Positions 59,780-64,000 of a stretch of DNA of 64,000 nucleotides are shown in pieces. Numbering within the stretch: position 1 is the stretch's first letter; each line of letters opens with the position of its first letter. A program made the translations under genes and the position numbers. Below the pieces are notes generated by a model. The model saw only the letters and a program-made list of their open reading frames with translations, made no database searches and was not told the origin of the DNA. The stretch is from Neovahlkampfia damariscottae (taxonomy: Eukaryota), in NCBI GenBank assembly GCA_016618085.1, contig JABLTG010000003.1:124001-188000 (forward strand), given 5' to 3'.

Positions 59780-60357
59780 CTATATTGGTAGATTGGATAA
59801 GAACATCCTTATGGCCATAACCAGCAAAAGTAATCCAATTATAATTAATGCTACTCCAAGAATCGAAGAACTGATTAAAATCATAACCAAACAAATGACA
59901 TAATTAGAGTCTGGTTTTTCTAATAAAACAGGTAATGTTGCTTCCGGATAATAAAAATAACCTTCGGAGAATTAAATATTTTTTAAAAACTTACACGAAG
60001 TGAATTGACCATTTTGAAATTGTAAACCTGGAGAAGTTGTTTCAACGCTCCAAGAATACGTTGGTTGAGCATCTGTATTTTGAAATCGCATATAGTATTT
60101 TATGGCAACAGTTGAAGGTGAAATTATTCTAGTTTGATTTGAAAGAACAAAACAATTTCCTAACAGATAGTACTGTCTATACCAATTTGATTCAAGCATA
60201 AATGGTAAAGTGATGAAAAACATCACCCAAAACGGTAGAGATACAACAAATACTGCTCCACTCTTAAAAGAAAATTTAAGAAGAAATTAATGTTGTTTAC
60301 AATGTAGGCAGGAATCAAATCTATACATATCTTCTTCCACTTTATTTTTGCTGCCAT
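59780..60357 (-). CDS. Small two-TM membrane protein with a Cys-containing loop; 2 introns
   Basis: Spliced MAAKIKWKK..SGAVFVVSLPFWVMFFITLP..GNCFV..TSCYFYYP..YVICLVMILISSSILGVALIIIGLLLLV. Confidence 0.6.
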
Positions 60358-60712
60358 CTCACAATGGAAAAGTTATTATTTTAAATTATCCAATCACAAC
60401 AAACGAATTAATTGACTGATTTACAATGGAAAAATCAGATAAAATCAAATTAAACAACCTTTTAAATCATGTTCTTTTTCATTTTTGTTGAGGAGTTTTA
60501 CCATCCAATCATTTATTTGTTTTATCTTTGAATTGGAATGTCGTTGAGATTACCTTTCGTTTATTGGAATTCACCACCAGAGATACACTACACATGTGTT
60601 TTGATTTCAAAAAAACAAGACAGAATTGTTGCTGGATCAAAAGGAGGAAACCTCATCCTTTTTGTCTTAAAACACGTTTTTTTTTATTTTTTTTAAATAC
60701 CAACATAATTAG

Positions 60713-63700
60713 ATGAAAGAAATACAAACACCATTATTTAATGAAAACTATAAAAGTGAAGATATCTTTGAAGATGAAGAATTCAAAACCAGAAAAATGA
60801 AAATTGAAAAACTGATAGATTTACAAGGTTCTGACTCTGATTACAAAGTTTTTCCTTTTGCTGTTTTGAATGGACATGAATCTAAAATTACTGCAATCAA
60901 AGAAATCACTTATGATTTTACACCTTCCTTCTGTTGTGGTAAACACTTTCAAAAAAAAAACTAAAATTCCAAGTTTCATCTGATGGAAGTTTCAGTATTT
61001 GGTCATTAAATGATGGTATGTGTTTAGCTTTTTCACCTTTTTTATTAACAACTTCACCAACTTGTATGACAATTTTATCAGATTCACAAGTTGCTGTTGG
61101 TGGTACCCATAATGACATTGAAATTGTTGATATTGCATCATTAAAAGTGACACATAAACATGAAGGTCATTCAGGATGGATAACTGATCTAATATATGGA
61201 AAAAAAGAAGATGGTAATAAAAACAAAAAAAATTAAAAAAATTAGAAATTCTTTTGACCATTAGTCAAGATAAAACATTAAGATATTGGATGTTCAATAA
61301 GAAAAATAGACCTGTTTATGTTGTTGATGTTGGTGTTCCAAAACTTTTATCCATAGATAAAAGTTCAAATTGGAAATACATATCAGTGGTTGCACAAGAT
61401 CGTTGGATGGTAAAAAAAAAAAAATTCAAAATTTAAATTTTAGTTATTTACATATCATGCTTACCATCCAACTTATACTATTTTTTCTCCATCAGGTGTC
61501 AATTTTCAAGGTGGAAAGTTTATTGATGATTTGCACTTTTTGATAGAAACTGAAAATGGAGACGGATATATTTATGAATTGTTTGACTTCACCCCAAAAA
61601 CTGAAAAAATTGCTCCACAAACTGAAGTTGCTTCTTATGAAACAAATGAAAATAACTTGGATGTTAGAATTCCTAAAAAAGGGATTCAATTTCAATCAAT
61701 TCTTCCTACAAAAGCTCTTCCAGAACCAAAAGAATCTGATGATTCTCCTCAAGGAACAAATGTTTTTTCAAACTTTCTTGGAGTCTTTGGTATTAAAACA
61801 CCAAGTACTTCACCATTGTCTAAAACACCATCAAGATCACCAACAAAATCACCAATAAATACACCACTTTCAACCCCTATGTTAAAAAACGAAGATATTT
61901 TCAACAAAAGGGGATCAAAATTTGAAGAATCAATTGAAGAATTAAAACAAAAACCAATTGATAATATCTGCATTCCAGAGATACAAAAGAAAGAACCTGT
62001 TTTGCTTGACATTATAAAATCAGAAAATGTGAAAGGAAAGAAAATGGATCATCCATTTCAATGGACTACAAATGGGAAATTTTTAATCAGAACATCATGT
62101 TGTGGAAATATAGCTGTTTGGTTGATGGACTTTGATAAATCTCATGAAAAGAAGGTGAAAATTGATACAGTTACAACTTCTAAACTTGATGCTGGATGGC
62201 CAATAACAAATGTAAAAAGTAAAATCACTTCAAGTTGCTTTGCCGTTGATCGACATAATATACCAAAATTAGTGTATGGATTCGAAAATGGAAACATTCA
62301 AATTATTGCTTGCGTTGAAGGAGGAAAAGTATTAACATTCAAAGCACATGATAAAAAAATTACATCATTATTAGTGATGTATGCCAAAGGAAATGATGAC
62401 AGAAGTTTGATTTCAGGTTCTCTTGATTTCTCTGTAAAAATTTGGGATTTGAGGTAACAACACAAATTGAATGAAATTGAACTTTTTTTTTTTAGAACGT
62501 CAGATTTAGTTAAAGTTTTCAATTATCACAGTCAACAAGTTCAAATCTTATTTAGACCTCCAAAAGAAGTTTCTTCTCGTTTGGGAGCATGGTAATTTTT
62601 TGAAGAATTTAATTTTTCAGTTTTTGTTCAGTTTCAGATGACAGATCAGTTGTTATTTACTCATTGGATACATTGAAAGTATTGCATGTTCTTGGAGGAC
62701 ATTCAAGTGGTGTGATAGCTGTTTATTGGAGAACAGATTTGGACAATCTGCTTGTGAGATGTGCCGATGGTTCAGTTTATGTCTGGCAATTAACAAATGG
62801 AATTTTGGACCGTCAAATAACAGGAAAACTTGCTGCTGAATTGATTGAAAGATCAGAAGGTCCTGGGTGGAAAAAACCAACTGGAAAAATCACATTTTCT
62901 AAACAGTCTGTTTATTCAAAATCTAAAGGTTTATTGGAGACTGTTTCATTAGCCATCAATGATCAAGAACCAGATGTTAAACTATTGATGCTTAGTGTTA
63001 GACACTTAATTTCATACATCTCTGAAAACAAACTTGAAATTCAAACATGCATCAAAGATATAAAGAATTCACCGTTGCCATATATTGTAACAACAGCTTT
63101 GTCATACATTTTTGAATTTGGTCACAGTAAATATGTCAAAGATTTGCGTCAAAAGCTTGGAATACAACAACCAAACCCATCTGCTCATATGGGTATTCAT
63201 GGGAGTGGAACATCAATTTCATTACTTGTACCAAATGCTTCTGAATATCTTAGTCCTTTTAGTTTTTCACCAGTTCTCAGTTCATTATATTCAATTAATT
63301 GTGTAGCTGTTTTAAAGTCATTCAGTTCAATTCCAGAATTAAATCAATTGTGTAATTCCTGTATAAAATATTACTTGCTTGATATGCCAAGAGAAGTTGG
63401 AAAATTTGAAGAACCTTCATTTTTATATTCTTCACAATTTTTGAAAGATCCTTTAAGTAAAATAATCAAATCTAATTTCATTTTTTTTTTAATAGAGGAC
63501 ATTCAACTTGCTGCAAAAGCTGTTATGGATTCTGCAATCAAAAGACTATCCAAAGAAAAAATAAGAGAATTAAGTGAACAATTATCAACAATGCGTAATT
63601 CATTTTTTTTTAATTCTTGTTAGTTTTGGAGTGTCATAATACAGAAAATCAATCAAAAAGACATAGAATTGTTATCGCGCTTGCAAGTTTGCTCTATAAA

Positions 63701-64000
63701 GCAAAGGATATTGTTGAATCAAGAATTACATCCATTACAGCAATGGGCTTAGTCGAAATTTTAGAAAAAGGAGGCTCTCAACATGTTACTGCAATTTCAC
63801 TTTTAGGTGATGGATTTGATATTTGGAAATATTATATTCCTGATACACATGCATTCGCAAATCAATTATTTCAATTAGCATTACCTGCTTTAACATTAGA
63901 TAAGAAGAAAGTTGTTGAAACCATCGCAATTGATGCTCTTCAAGCATTTATTTCAATGGCAAATGCAGATCCTAAACTTTATATCGATTTTATTTACACA
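60713..64000 (+). CDS. WDR7: WDR7/rabconnectin-3 beta-like WD40 protein, runs off the window; many introns
   Basis: GHESKITAI, WSLNDGMCL, AHDKKITSLL..LISGSLDFSVKIWD, SVSDDRSV, VYWRTDLDNLLVRCADGSVYVWQLTNGILDR. Confidence 0.8.

Overview
AT-rich, very gene-dense eukaryotic (protist) nuclear DNA read in the standard code. It holds about 40 protein genes split by many tiny (~27-45 nt) GT-AG introns, with intergenic spacers often under 70 nt. DUF4116 repeats, an RGS-START fusion and an EGF-repeat membrane protein suggest a heterolobosean amoeba (inference only). Recognisable genes include EXO1, seipin, VMA12, ALDH10, LOG, DDX11, ERMP1, COQ7, NUP37, TGT, QTRT2, PAN3, PPIL3, OCRL-like, a ferredoxin, CaMKK-like and ERK-like kinases, patatin and WDR7, plus one 5S rRNA gene. 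Highlights: (1) a 2.54-kb PIF/Harbinger-superfamily transposon with inverted repeats and a target duplication, inserted in the middle of a SAM domain so that the host gene can be rebuilt exactly; (2) a 5-nt microexon inside the DDX11 Walker A motif; (3) two unannotated structured intergenic RNA candidates; (4) stop-free in-frame poly(A) introns; (5) 29-61 nt divergent spacers built on CCAAT boxes; (6) several bacterial-type genes with spliceosomal introns. All family calls come from motif recognition by eye, with no database search. Coordinates of spliced genes span first to last coding base as inferred.
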